A DNA stretch of 64,000 bases from contig CANRNO010000002.1 in NCBI GenBank assembly GCA_947632065.1, positions 234 to 64,233 on the forward strand, read 5' to 3'. Made by a program: the position numbers and the translations under genes. The notes beneath the pieces were generated by a model, which saw only the letters and a program-made list of their open reading frames with translations, was not told where the DNA came from and ran no database searches. This document shows, one piece after another, positions 30,942-40,275 of the stretch (position 1 is its first letter; every line of letters starts with the position of its first letter). This stretch comes from an uncultured Bacilli bacterium (GTDB lineage Bacteria > Bacillota_I > Bacilli_A > RF39 > UBA660).

Positions 30942-30994
30942 ATAAAAACACCTAAATTCTTTTTCTATAACATAACAAAATTTTAATATTTATT

Positions 30995-31027
30995 CAAGAA
31001 AAAAACTTTGTAACAATTACAAAGTTT
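30995..31027 (-). terminator. Rho-independent terminator of the sipW-like four-gene operon
   Basis: Perfect 11-bp stem AAACTTTGTAA / TTACAAAGTTT with a 3-nt loop and a U-tract on the minus strand. Overlaps the stop of the 176-aa ORF. Confidence 0.7.
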
Positions 31028-31547
31028 CTTCATCATCAACTTGCACAGCAATTGGTTTTTCTTCTCTTGCTTTCTTATCTTTTTTTTCTTTTAAAGATTT
31101 ATTTTCTTTATTCTTTCTTTTAAATATAAATCCACCCTCACTAAACATTAAAAAACCATCTGCAATGCATAAACCATACATCATAACATTTATAAAAGTT
31201 AACATATCAGAATAGAAATTAAAATTAATATGATATGTATTCTTCCATCTATAAATCATGTTAACATCAAAAACACTTCTTAATGCTAAAAAAGCAATTG
31301 TAAAAAATACTAAACAACAAGTTAAATTAAAGAATACATTTTTTGTAACTCCTGTTTGCTTAAAAAACATATTAATTATAAATAACACAAGTAACACAGC
31401 ATAAGGTATAAATACATAAATTAAATTAAACATATCTTTTTCTAATCTTTGATACATCGCAATTAATACATATAAAGAAGTTCCAAATGCTACAAGTAAC
31501 AATATAAACTTTAAGAAATAAAACATTCCATTTAATATTCTAACCAT
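31017..31547 (-). CDS. Hypothetical polytopic membrane protein with a Lys/Glu-rich tail
   Basis: 176-aa ORF with about four hydrophobic segments. Last gene of a tightly packed operon. I do not recognise the family. Confidence 0.55.
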   Translation of the reverse strand: MVRILNGMFYFLKFILLLVAFGTSLYVLIAMYQRLEKDMFNLIYVFIPYAVLLVLFIINMFFKQTGVTKNVFFNLTCCLVFFTIAFLALRSVFDVNMIYRWKNTYHINFNFYSDMLTFINVMMYGLCIADGFLMFSEGGFIFKRKNKENKSLKEKKDKKAREEKPIAVQVDDEETL

Positions 31548-31557
31548 TAGGCACCTC

Positions 31558-32247
31558 CTACACTATTCCTTTAAACCATCTAGAAAATTCTAACAATAAA
31601 TCAATAGATTTTGTATAAGAATTTCTTATTTCATAAAAACTATCTCTTGTCATTTCATATATATTAGACTTAGAGTTTTCACTACTAAAGAAGTAGCTTC
31701 CATTATTAAGTAATACATTTGCAACATAATCATCATCTGTTCTTATGCTATCAGCATTTAATTTTAAAAATGGTGCTATTTTAGCAAGATCTGCATCATG
31801 GAATTTTGCTTCATTTCCAGTTACACCTAAATCATATAACTGATTAACAATACAACCATTTACTATTTTACTTCTATACAAGTTTTGAAAATTATAAACA
31901 TCTTTTATAGTAAGCTCTTTTTTATCTAATGCTTCATTTAATTTTTCATCTTCAAATTCTTTAACACATAATTGAAGTTTTGAATTGATTGTCATTAACA
32001 TAACTCTCTCTTTTGGTCCTTTATATAAATTAGGATTAAAAGATTCTGTAATACTCTTTACTTCTGATAACCTATCATTAACATACTGTTTATATGTTTG
32101 AATGTCTTCATCTTTTCTTTCTAATTTGGTACTAATATCTTTATAATGATAAAAATTTATAAACAATAAGAAAAATGCAGCACCAAAAACCAACCCTGTA
32201 AAAGTATAACCTATTACTTTTATATATTCTTTTAATAATTTAATCAT
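31558..32247 (-). CDS. Hypothetical single-pass membrane protein
   Basis: 229-aa ORF with an N-terminal TM helix (VIGYTFTGLVFGAAFFLLFINFY). It abuts the upstream gene with no gap. I do not recognise the family. Confidence 0.55.
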   Translation of the reverse strand: MIKLLKEYIKVIGYTFTGLVFGAAFFLLFINFYHYKDISTKLERKDEDIQTYKQYVNDRLSEVKSITESFNPNLYKGPKERVMLMTINSKLQLCVKEFEDEKLNEALDKKELTIKDVYNFQNLYRSKIVNGCIVNQLYDLGVTGNEAKFHDADLAKIAPFLKLNADSIRTDDDYVANVLLNNGSYFFSSENSKSNIYEMTRDSFYEIRNSYTKSIDLLLEFSRWFKGIV

Positions 32248-32790
32248 CTACTTTTCCTCCGATACTGATTGAATATTGACCTTATAACGATAATACTTAT
32301 TTAACCAGTCTGTATTACGAGCACTTTCTGGAATCCATACTTTTAATTGATATTTATTAATTGTAGAAACACCTATTATTCTCTCGTCAATTATATTATT
32401 ATTAATCTCAGACATATCACCTTTAGCAATCACTCTTCCATTTAATTTTAATTCATAATTTAATTGATTTCTTGAAAGTAATTCACTTTTTCTATATCCC
32501 TTTTTATTACTAAGTTCTACTTCTTCAATCAAAACTTGATATCTAGAATCAGTACTTCCATTATTTTTAACACTAAATTTATAAGCGTCCATCTTTTCTA
32601 CTTCATCTTCTTTAATAGGCTCTAACTGTTCTATATCTACACCTTTTCCAGAATCACCTAAAACAATTTCAACATTACCTAGCCTATTTTCTTCATTATT
32701 AGAATATAATCTAAAACAAAATATTGCAACTACAACAGTAAAAATTACTATGGCAGAAGCAGATAGCAGAACCACCCCGGTCTTTTTCAT
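32248..32790 (-). CDS. Hypothetical signal-anchored, beta-rich exported protein (candidate SipW substrate)
   Basis: ATG at 32790 with an AAGGAGGG SD lying inside the last sipW codons. N-terminal MKKTGVVLLSASAIVIFTVVVAIF. FSVKNNGSTDSRYQVLIEE-type strands are loosely reminiscent of TasA/camelysin-like proteins. Confidence 0.55.
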   Translation of the reverse strand: MKKTGVVLLSASAIVIFTVVVAIFCFRLYSNNEENRLGNVEIVLGDSGKGVDIEQLEPIKEDEVEKMDAYKFSVKNNGSTDSRYQVLIEEVELSNKKGYRKSELLSRNQLNYELKLNGRVIAKGDMSEINNNIIDERIIGVSTINKYQLKVWIPESARNTDWLNKYYRYKVNIQSVSEEK

Positions 32791-32791
32791 A

Positions 32792-33739
32792 TTAACGCCC
32801 TCCTTTTTTATTTTTTTTCTGTTCACTATATTTTCTTAAAATTTCTAAATATTCATCATCGGCATATTTTTCTTCTTTTTTAGACTCTTTCTTTTTGCTT
32901 TTCTTTATATTTTCTTTTGCCTTACTAGATTTTGATTTTTCAATATTTTCCTTAGTTTTATTTGATTTATTACTATAGCTTTCCTTTTTCTTGTCTTCTT
33001 TAAAATCTAAAATTTCATCATCTATTATCTCATCATCTATAAATTTATTTCTATCTTTCAAATCAGAACTACTAACTGTTTTAGGTACAGATAAATTACC
33101 ATTTTTACGATTTTTATTTAATCTTGAAGTTTCATGTTTAATAGTCTTTATAAGTTTTATAATATCATAAATAATAATAGCAAGACATGGTATAACGATT
33201 GCAATTATCCAACCATAAGTTTGAGATAAGAAATATTGTATATAACCTATCTTAGGTATTCTTAAAATTACTTTACCATAAATATTTTTTCCATTTACTA
33301 AAGCCGTATCTTCAGTATTATTATTATCACCTTTTGTTCTAAATAAAACATTATCTGTTCCTTTATTCTCAATTCCTACTATACGATGGGTAATTGTAAT
33401 ACCATCATATCTTGGATCTTTTGAATCAAATGTTATAATATCATTCTTTTTAAGTTTTTTTACATCAGTCCTCATTACAACTACAGCATCCTGCACCTTA
33501 ATTGCAGGTACCATACTAGGACTAATAATTACATAAGCATTAAATAGAGGTATTGTCTCTTTTCCAGTTTCAATATTTCTTTTAAGATCTACAACATATA
33601 CAACTAAAGTAATAGCTGCAATAATTAATATTAAAAATATAGACCATAAAATTACTTTTGACACATAATGAAGAGATAACTTTATTGTATCAAATACTTT
33701 TATATGAGGTTTATATTCTGCATTTATATCCTCTCTCAT
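32792..33739 (-). CDS. sipW: Signal peptidase I, SipW (ER/archaeal) type, with a ~110-aa Lys-rich C-terminal extension
   Basis: SPSMVP (Ser), ITHRIV (His) and TKGDNNN motifs, plus a second TM helix. The tail carries KENIEKSKSSKA / KENIKKSKKKES repeats. Confidence 0.8.
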   Translation of the reverse strand: MREDINAEYKPHIKVFDTIKLSLHYVSKVILWSIFLILIIAAITLVVYVVDLKRNIETGKETIPLFNAYVIISPSMVPAIKVQDAVVVMRTDVKKLKKNDIITFDSKDPRYDGITITHRIVGIENKGTDNVLFRTKGDNNNTEDTALVNGKNIYGKVILRIPKIGYIQYFLSQTYGWIIAIVIPCLAIIIYDIIKLIKTIKHETSRLNKNRKNGNLSVPKTVSSSDLKDRNKFIDDEIIDDEILDFKEDKKKESYSNKSNKTKENIEKSKSSKAKENIKKSKKKESKKEEKYADDEYLEILRKYSEQKKNKKGGR

Positions 33740-33821
33740 TATGAATCACCCTTCTTTACCCTATTAATATAAATTATCATAACATATTTAAAACTAAAAA
33801 TCTAGTTTAATAGTATTCATT

Positions 33822-34577
33822 TTACATATTAAACGTACTTTTAGTATTATTTACAATTATTTTTTCGCATTCCTCATAATTAATACCTTTTATTTCTGAA
33901 ATTTTTTTCAAAATATAAGGTAAATATTTAGAACTATTCTTCTTTCCTCTATAAGGATCTGGTGTTAAAAAAGGACTATCAGTCTCAATAACAATGGATT
34001 CTATAGGAATATTTTTAACCACTTCTCCAAGCTTACTATTTTTAAAAGTTAAAACTCCTCCTATTCCTAATTTATATCCCATTTTTATATAAATGTTTGC
34101 TGTTTCCAAAGAACCTGAAAAGCAATGAATTACTCCTTTTACTTTTGGATATTCTTTTAAAATATTAATAGTATCTTGTGAAGCATCACGTGAATGTATA
34201 ACTACAGGTAAAGATAATTTTTCTGCAAGTTTAAGTTGTTTTCTAAATAATTCTTGCTGTTGTATTTTTTCATCTTTTGTATAGTGATAATCTAACCCTA
34301 TCTCTCCTAATGCTACTACTTTAGGAGTACTCAAAAGTAAACTCTCTAATCTTTTTAAATCTTTTTCTTTGATATTAGAAGCATATTCAGGGTGAATACC
34401 TAAACTTAAATATATCAAATCATATTTTTTAGAATATTCAATAACTTCATCATATTCTAAAACATCACAAGAACTAACAATAATACCATCAACACCAGCT
34501 TCTCTATCTTCTTTTATAACTTTATCTATATCACTATAATACTCTTTACTTAAATGACAATGTGAATCTATTAACAT
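33822..34577 (-). CDS. tatD: TatD-family metal-dependent hydrolase (YabD)
   Basis: LIDSHCHL, IGEIGLDY, VIHSRDA and ETDSP motifs. Confidence 0.9.
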   Translation of the reverse strand: MLIDSHCHLSKEYYSDIDKVIKEDREAGVDGIIVSSCDVLEYDEVIEYSKKYDLIYLSLGIHPEYASNIKEKDLKRLESLLLSTPKVVALGEIGLDYHYTKDEKIQQQELFRKQLKLAEKLSLPVVIHSRDASQDTINILKEYPKVKGVIHCFSGSLETANIYIKMGYKLGIGGVLTFKNSKLGEVVKNIPIESIVIETDSPFLTPDPYRGKKNSSKYLPYILKKISEIKGINYEECEKIIVNNTKSTFNM

Positions 34578-34630
34578 ACTTCATCCTCCTTAAAACAAAT
34601 ATAATACACTAAAAAGTAATAATAAATATT

Positions 34631-34667
34631 TTTGAAAAATAAAAATATCTTAATTAAATAAGATATC
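34631..34667 (-). terminator. Rho-independent terminator in the spoVT-tatD gap
   Basis: AUAUCUUA-UUUAAU-UAAGAUAU hairpin followed by UUUUAUUUUU on the minus strand. Confidence 0.55.
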
Positions 34668-34948
34668 TTGTATGTCTTCTATGTATTTTTATTCTAACAT
34701 AATAAAATGTCAGAGTACATAGATAGGCAATATCAACCAACTCCCCACTATGTAAGATAATTAACAATAAATAAATTGCTACTGAGAAATAAGCAATATC
34801 TAAAGAGTGCTTCTGCATTATTTTATCTAACATATATTCTCCTTTTTTTATTTCTACTTCTCACTGCTACCTTTCTACTATAACACAAAAAAAGAAAGAA
34901 AAAAGTTTTTTTCCATATTTTTTTCTAACTTTACATTATTTTTTACAT

Positions 34949-35479
34949 TTATTGTTCTACATATTCACCTAAGAATCTAGCAGTAACATTAGCAATCTTC
35001 TCATCTGTAGCAGATAAATTCTCTTTAGTTGATACTACTAATACTAAACCAATAGCATCCCCATTCATAATAATTGGATATATTACATAAGTACAATTTA
35101 ATTGTTGCCCTTCTACTAATTCTAATTTATTAAAATCTTTTTCTACTACAATTTTTCTATTATTCATAACGTCTTCTAGATATGTAGAAATATTTTTATT
35201 TAAATATTTTTCTTTTAACTCTCCTGAAATAGCTAAAAAACAATCTCTATCAGAAACAAAGATATTTTTACCAATAGTATTATTTACTATACTAATAAAA
35301 GATTTAGCAAGTTCATTCATTTCTCTAATTGAAGAAAACTTCTTTAAACCTATTGTTTCTTTATCTACAAAAATCTCTAAAGGCTCACCATCTCTAATTC
35401 TTAAATTTCTTCTTATCTCTTTTGGAATAACAATTCTACCAAGATCATCTATTCTTCTAACTACTCCCGTTGTTTTCAT
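34949..35479 (-). CDS. spoVT: Stage V sporulation protein T (AbrB-type N-domain + GAF-like C-domain)
   Basis: MKTTGVVRRIDDLGRIVIPKEIRR.LRI..G.PLEIF SpoVT/AbrB swapped-hairpin domain. The 176 aa length matches SpoVT rather than the 96-aa AbrB. Confidence 0.9.
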   Translation of the reverse strand: MKTTGVVRRIDDLGRIVIPKEIRRNLRIRDGEPLEIFVDKETIGLKKFSSIREMNELAKSFISIVNNTIGKNIFVSDRDCFLAISGELKEKYLNKNISTYLEDVMNNRKIVVEKDFNKLELVEGQQLNCTYVIYPIIMNGDAIGLVLVVSTKENLSATDEKIANVTARFLGEYVEQ

Positions 35480-35607
35480 CTTATCTTCCTCGCTTTCAAA
35501 CTAATATTATTGTTTCTAAATATCAAAAATTTATACTATTTTTTCTGCATCTATTTATATTATAATAGTTATATTTGATTTTAATGTTGGTAAATTCTGG
35601 ATAAGAA

Positions 35608-35650
35608 GAAAAAACAAAAAAAGATTACTGTGATTTCTCACAGTAAATCT
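35608..35650 (-). terminator. Rho-independent terminator after the 223-aa ORF
   Basis: AGAUUUACUGUGA-GAAA-UCACAGUAAUCU hairpin (one bulge) followed by a U-tract on the minus strand. Confidence 0.6.
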
Positions 35651-35658
35651 TCATATAC

Positions 35659-36330
35659 CTAATTAACATCTTTATTTCCTTTAAAAAGATATGATTTTCT
35701 ATTTACAAATATATATCTTTCACTTTGCTCTTTAATTCCATTAAATAAAGTTGTATCTTTAACTAAAACTTTTAATTCTATACTTTCTAATAATTGTTTA
35801 AAATATTTCTTTTTCATATATTTAACAAATTCATCAGAAAATTTATTTAAAACCATATCTTCTAAATCATCACTCGAAATATATTTTTTTATATCTTTCA
35901 AAATATATTTTTCTATATTATTTTCTATAATGCTTTTTGACTCTTTTTTTAATTTTCTATTAATATCAGAAAATTGCTTTTTTGTTATCTTAATTGTATC
36001 CATATCTTTTTTAGGAGAAAAGTCTGAAACATTACAAATTAACAACTTCTCTCTTTCTTTTTGAATAGATTCAAAATCTTTACTTATATTATCACGATAG
36101 TCTTGTAACAGTTTTTCCATATTTTCAGTATTCAAAACAACATTATATTTTTTTGCAAGTACCAAAAGCTGATTTTTTATAGAATCCATAGAATCAAGTG
36201 GAGGTTTTTGTAATAATGAATTAATATCATCAATAAATAATGCTTTATTATTGTTTTTAATTATTTCCTTTACTGATTCTTTATAATTATTCAAATTTTT
36301 TTCTTTTATTTTCGCAACTTCTTCTTCCAT
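35659..36330 (-). CDS. Hypothetical Lys/Glu-rich soluble protein
   Basis: 223-aa ORF between mfd and spoVT with its own terminator. I do not recognise the family. Confidence 0.5.
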   Translation of the reverse strand: MEEEVAKIKEKNLNNYKESVKEIIKNNNKALFIDDINSLLQKPPLDSMDSIKNQLLVLAKKYNVVLNTENMEKLLQDYRDNISKDFESIQKEREKLLICNVSDFSPKKDMDTIKITKKQFSDINRKLKKESKSIIENNIEKYILKDIKKYISSDDLEDMVLNKFSDEFVKYMKKKYFKQLLESIELKVLVKDTTLFNGIKEQSERYIFVNRKSYLFKGNKDVN

Positions 36331-36400
36331 ATATTTTCCTCTTCTACTTTCTAATAAAGAATATCAATCATTTATTTTTTAGTCAATACCGTTTTAAAAA

Positions 36401-39400
36401 TTAAACAATCTTTTCTAATAAATCAATTAAATAATATAATGGATTTTTTTCTAACTTTATAGTATCCAAAATTATAATTATCTTACTACTTGTACTTTTA
36501 AATCTAAACATTGGAGAAATTTTAAAAGACTCCATAAACAATTCTTCCATATTAATTTTTTTACTAAGACTAATATCAAAATACATCTCTACAGAATTTT
36601 TAGTTTGAACTAACTTCTCCATTTTTACTTTGTTTGCTAACTTTTCAAACCATTCCTCATGCATATAAAGTATCATGTCATCATTAAGACTACCAAAACG
36701 ATCTTCTAACTCTTTTTTAATTTCATTTAATTTAGCTAAACTATCAATAGAATTAATTTTTCTATGAATTTCAATTTTCAAATCCTCATCTTCTACATAA
36801 TCATCATCTATATGAGTACTAACTTGATATAATGGATTTTTTTCTTCTTCAGATGTATCTTCTATGTCCTCTCCTTTTTGTTTACTAATTTCTTGCTTCA
36901 ATATTTTTAAATATAAATCCATTCCAACAGAATCTATAAATCCTGCCTGTTCACTTCCTAACATATCACCTGCTCCACGAATAGATAAATCTCTTGTAGC
37001 AATAGAAAAACCACTACCAAGTTCAGTAAATTCTTTAATAACATTAAGTCTTTTAATTGCAGATTCTGTCAATACCTTATTTCGTTTATACATCAAATAA
37101 GCATATGCGAATCGATCACTTCTTCCTACTCGTCCTCTAATTTGATATAACTGACTAAGACCAAATCTATCAGCATCAAATATAATTAATGTATTAACAT
37201 TTGGAATATCAATTCCAGTTTCTATAATTGTAGTACAAAGTAAAATATCATACTTATGATTAGTGAAATCCAACATCCTATTTTCTAACTCTTCTTTTGT
37301 TAATTGCCCATGAGCACATACTATCTTAGCATCAGGCACTAACTTTTGAATAGAAAATGCTTTTCTTTCAATAGACTCAACCCTATTATAAAGTATGAAT
37401 ATTTGTCCTCCACGTGATAACTCTTTATAAATAGCATCTTTTACTATTTGATCATTTTCATCTATTACATAAGTTTGAATTGGATATCTATTAACTGGTG
37501 GAGTTTCTATCAAAGAAAGACTTCTAATACCAGTAAGAGACATTTGTAAAGTTCTTGGAATTGGAGTTGCAGTTAATGTTAAAACATCTACATTATTCTT
37601 ATATTCCTTTATTCTTTCTTTATGAGCAACTCCAAAACGTTGTTCTTCATCTATAACCAAAAGTCCTAAATCTTTAGGTTGAATATCTTTACTCAATAAT
37701 CTATGTGTACCAAACACTAAATCAATAGTGCCATCTTTCAATCCTTCAATTATTCTTTTCTTTTCTTTTTCAGTAGTAAATCTATTCAAAATACCTATAT
37801 TAATTGGAAAATTACTGAATCTCTCTATCGCATTATTATAATGTTGATTTGAAAGAATAGTAGTAGGACATAAAAACAATACTTGCTTAGAATCTAATAT
37901 AGCTTTAAAACATGCAACAAAAGCAACTTCAGTCTTTCCAAAACCAACATCACCACAAAGTAATCTATCCATAGGCTTAGCTGACTCCATATCAGTCTTT
38001 ATCTGTGAAATTGCTAATTTTTGATCATCTGTTAAATCAAAATCTATATCCTCTTCAAATTGCTTTAATAAATTATTATCTTTTGAAAAAGCAAAACCTT
38101 TCTGACTTTCTCTTAAAGCATAAAGTTTTATAAGACGTTTAGCGATATCCTGAACTTTTTTACGAACTCTACTTTTTGTATTAATCCATTCCTTACCACC
38201 TAATTTATTAATTTTAGGAACTATTCCCTCTTTTCCAGAAAATTTATTTAAAACATCTATTTTCTCTACTGGAATATAAAGTTTATCATTTCCTTTATAT
38301 AAAACTTCAATATAATCTTTTTTAAGTCCATTACTAGTAAGTTCTTTTATACCATTGTATACTCCAATACCATGAATTTCATGAACTACATAATCACCTA
38401 TCTCTAATTTTTCTAAATTTTTAATTTTACTAACATGTTTTAATCTAGTCTTATATTTTTTCTTTTCATTTTTTATTTTAAATAATTCTTTTTCAGTTAT
38501 AAAAATATATTTATCATACATATAACCTTTATCTAATGCTTTTTCTATTATATTAATCTTATTTTCTTTTATATTCTGTTCATTGGTTAATACATACGCT
38601 ATATTTAAATGTTTTACAATCGCATTTATTTGATGTTTTTTAAGACATATCACAACTGTTTTTTTATTAGAAATTACCTCTTTCAAAAAAGACTCTATTC
38701 TAGTAATATTCTCACTAAAAATAGGAACATCTTTTACATCAAATTTATCTACTTCAATATCTTTTAAAGAAATATTATTAAGATTCATATAATATATATT
38801 TTGAGATGAATAAATATTTTCTAAAGAATGCATATAATTTCCTTTAAAATCCTTATCTCTACTATTTCTATAAACTAATATTTCTTCTTCTAATTGTAAA
38901 TAACTATTTTTAATTTGTTCATAATCTTTAAAAACTGTAATAAACGAAGAATAAGATGAAATAGATACTACTTCATTAGAATACTTTTCTAAATATTTTT
39001 GTTTTACTTCTAACTCATCAAAATTATTATCCGTTAAAAATTCCCAACAAGGATATATCTTTATCTTATCTAATTTATCAATAGACTTTTGAGTTTCTGG
39101 ATCAAAAGTCCTAATTGAATCAATAGTATCTCCAAAAAATTCTATTCTTACAGGATTTTCCTCACCTATTGGAAAAACATCAACTATATATCCTCTACGT
39201 GCAAACTCAGAAGTGTTTGTAACAATAGAATCTTTTTTATATCCTATATTAACTAAATTACTAGCAAACTCTTCAAAATCTATATCTTTATTTACTTTTA
39301 AAGAAATTATACTATTTTTATATTTCTCCTTGGTAGGCAAAAATCTTAAATATCCCATAAGATTAGTAACAATTATTTTATTTTTTTTAGAATTTACTAT

Positions 39401-39694
39401 CATACTTAATGTTTCAAGTCTTGTAACTTCTAAATCAGGACTAACAGCTAAAGATTCACTAGTTAAGAAATCATCCATAGGAAACAAATAAACATCTTCA
39501 GTATAATTTGATAAAGAATTATATATTTTATTAGCTTCATACAAAGAATTCATAACAACAAGCAAATCTTTATCCTGTTGATTCAATAAATTATATAAAT
39601 AAACACAAAAAAACTCATCCGTAATACCAAGTATACCCCTATTACCGATGTTTTTAGGATCTCTTATTTTTACCAAACTATCAAACACACTCAT
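36401..39694 (-). CDS. mfd: Transcription-repair coupling factor
   Basis: 1097 aa. UvrB-like N-terminus, the RID/CarD-like block GDYVVHEIHGIG, the SF2 helicase motifs GDVGFGKTEVA and DEEQRFG, and the TRG motif region. Confidence 0.97.
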   Translation of the reverse strand: MSVFDSLVKIRDPKNIGNRGILGITDEFFCVYLYNLLNQQDKDLLVVMNSLYEANKIYNSLSNYTEDVYLFPMDDFLTSESLAVSPDLEVTRLETLSMIVNSKKNKIIVTNLMGYLRFLPTKEKYKNSIISLKVNKDIDFEEFASNLVNIGYKKDSIVTNTSEFARRGYIVDVFPIGEENPVRIEFFGDTIDSIRTFDPETQKSIDKLDKIKIYPCWEFLTDNNFDELEVKQKYLEKYSNEVVSISSYSSFITVFKDYEQIKNSYLQLEEEILVYRNSRDKDFKGNYMHSLENIYSSQNIYYMNLNNISLKDIEVDKFDVKDVPIFSENITRIESFLKEVISNKKTVVICLKKHQINAIVKHLNIAYVLTNEQNIKENKINIIEKALDKGYMYDKYIFITEKELFKIKNEKKKYKTRLKHVSKIKNLEKLEIGDYVVHEIHGIGVYNGIKELTSNGLKKDYIEVLYKGNDKLYIPVEKIDVLNKFSGKEGIVPKINKLGGKEWINTKSRVRKKVQDIAKRLIKLYALRESQKGFAFSKDNNLLKQFEEDIDFDLTDDQKLAISQIKTDMESAKPMDRLLCGDVGFGKTEVAFVACFKAILDSKQVLFLCPTTILSNQHYNNAIERFSNFPINIGILNRFTTEKEKKRIIEGLKDGTIDLVFGTHRLLSKDIQPKDLGLLVIDEEQRFGVAHKERIKEYKNNVDVLTLTATPIPRTLQMSLTGIRSLSLIETPPVNRYPIQTYVIDENDQIVKDAIYKELSRGGQIFILYNRVESIERKAFSIQKLVPDAKIVCAHGQLTKEELENRMLDFTNHKYDILLCTTIIETGIDIPNVNTLIIFDADRFGLSQLYQIRGRVGRSDRFAYAYLMYKRNKVLTESAIKRLNVIKEFTELGSGFSIATRDLSIRGAGDMLGSEQAGFIDSVGMDLYLKILKQEISKQKGEDIEDTSEEEKNPLYQVSTHIDDDYVEDEDLKIEIHRKINSIDSLAKLNEIKKELEDRFGSLNDDMILYMHEEWFEKLANKVKMEKLVQTKNSVEMYFDISLSKKINMEELFMESFKISPMFRFKSTSSKIIIILDTIKLEKNPLYYLIDLLEKIV

Positions 39695-39704
39695 AATTTT
39701 TCAC

Positions 39705-40271
39705 CTATTTATTTTTACTATTGTATTTACTCATCAATTCTGAAAAACTTAATGTAAAATAGTCATCAATTATATTATTAACTTTTTTTTGTAACTTATT
39801 TAAAATTTCTAACTCATCATGAGAAAATTTACCTAATACATAATTTATAGTATCATAATCTTTATTGTTAGAAATTCCTATTTTAAGTCTCTTATAATTC
39901 TGACTAGAAATCATTTTTTCTATATTTTTAAGACCATTATGTCCTCCACTACTACCTTTAGATTTTAATTTAAAATTTCCTATATTTAAGTCTAAATCAT
40001 CTGAAATAACTAAAATATCAGAAATATCTATTTTATAATAATTAACATAATAACTAACCACTGTACCTGATAAGTTCATATAAGACTGAGGTTTTAAAAA
40101 AATAACATCCTCACCATTTATCTTTGTTTTGATATATAAGCCATTATTTTTATTACTAAAACCACTAATACCTTTAGACTCTAAATATTTATCTAAAAAC
40201 ATAAATCCTATATTATGACGAGTTTTTTCATACTCTTTACCAGGATTTCCTAAACCAACTACTAATTTCAT
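39705..40271 (-). CDS. pth: Peptidyl-tRNA hydrolase
   Basis: MKLVVGLGNPG..Y..TRHNIGF and GSSGGHNGLK motifs. Confidence 0.95.
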   Translation of the reverse strand: MKLVVGLGNPGKEYEKTRHNIGFMFLDKYLESKGISGFSNKNNGLYIKTKINGEDVIFLKPQSYMNLSGTVVSYYVNYYKIDISDILVISDDLDLNIGNFKLKSKGSSGGHNGLKNIEKMISSQNYKRLKIGISNNKDYDTINYVLGKFSHDELEILNKLQKKVNNIIDDYFTLSFSELMSKYNSKNK

Positions 40272-40275
40272 ATTA

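Noticed and set aside
34578-34948. The long spacer was examined for a T-box, riboswitch, tRNA or leftover metS leader, since metS lies near here in B. subtilis.
   Set aside because: I found no T-box sequence, specifier or antiterminator architecture, cloverleaf, or conserved riboswitch core. Only the small-ORF and terminator unit reported as a finding was seen.
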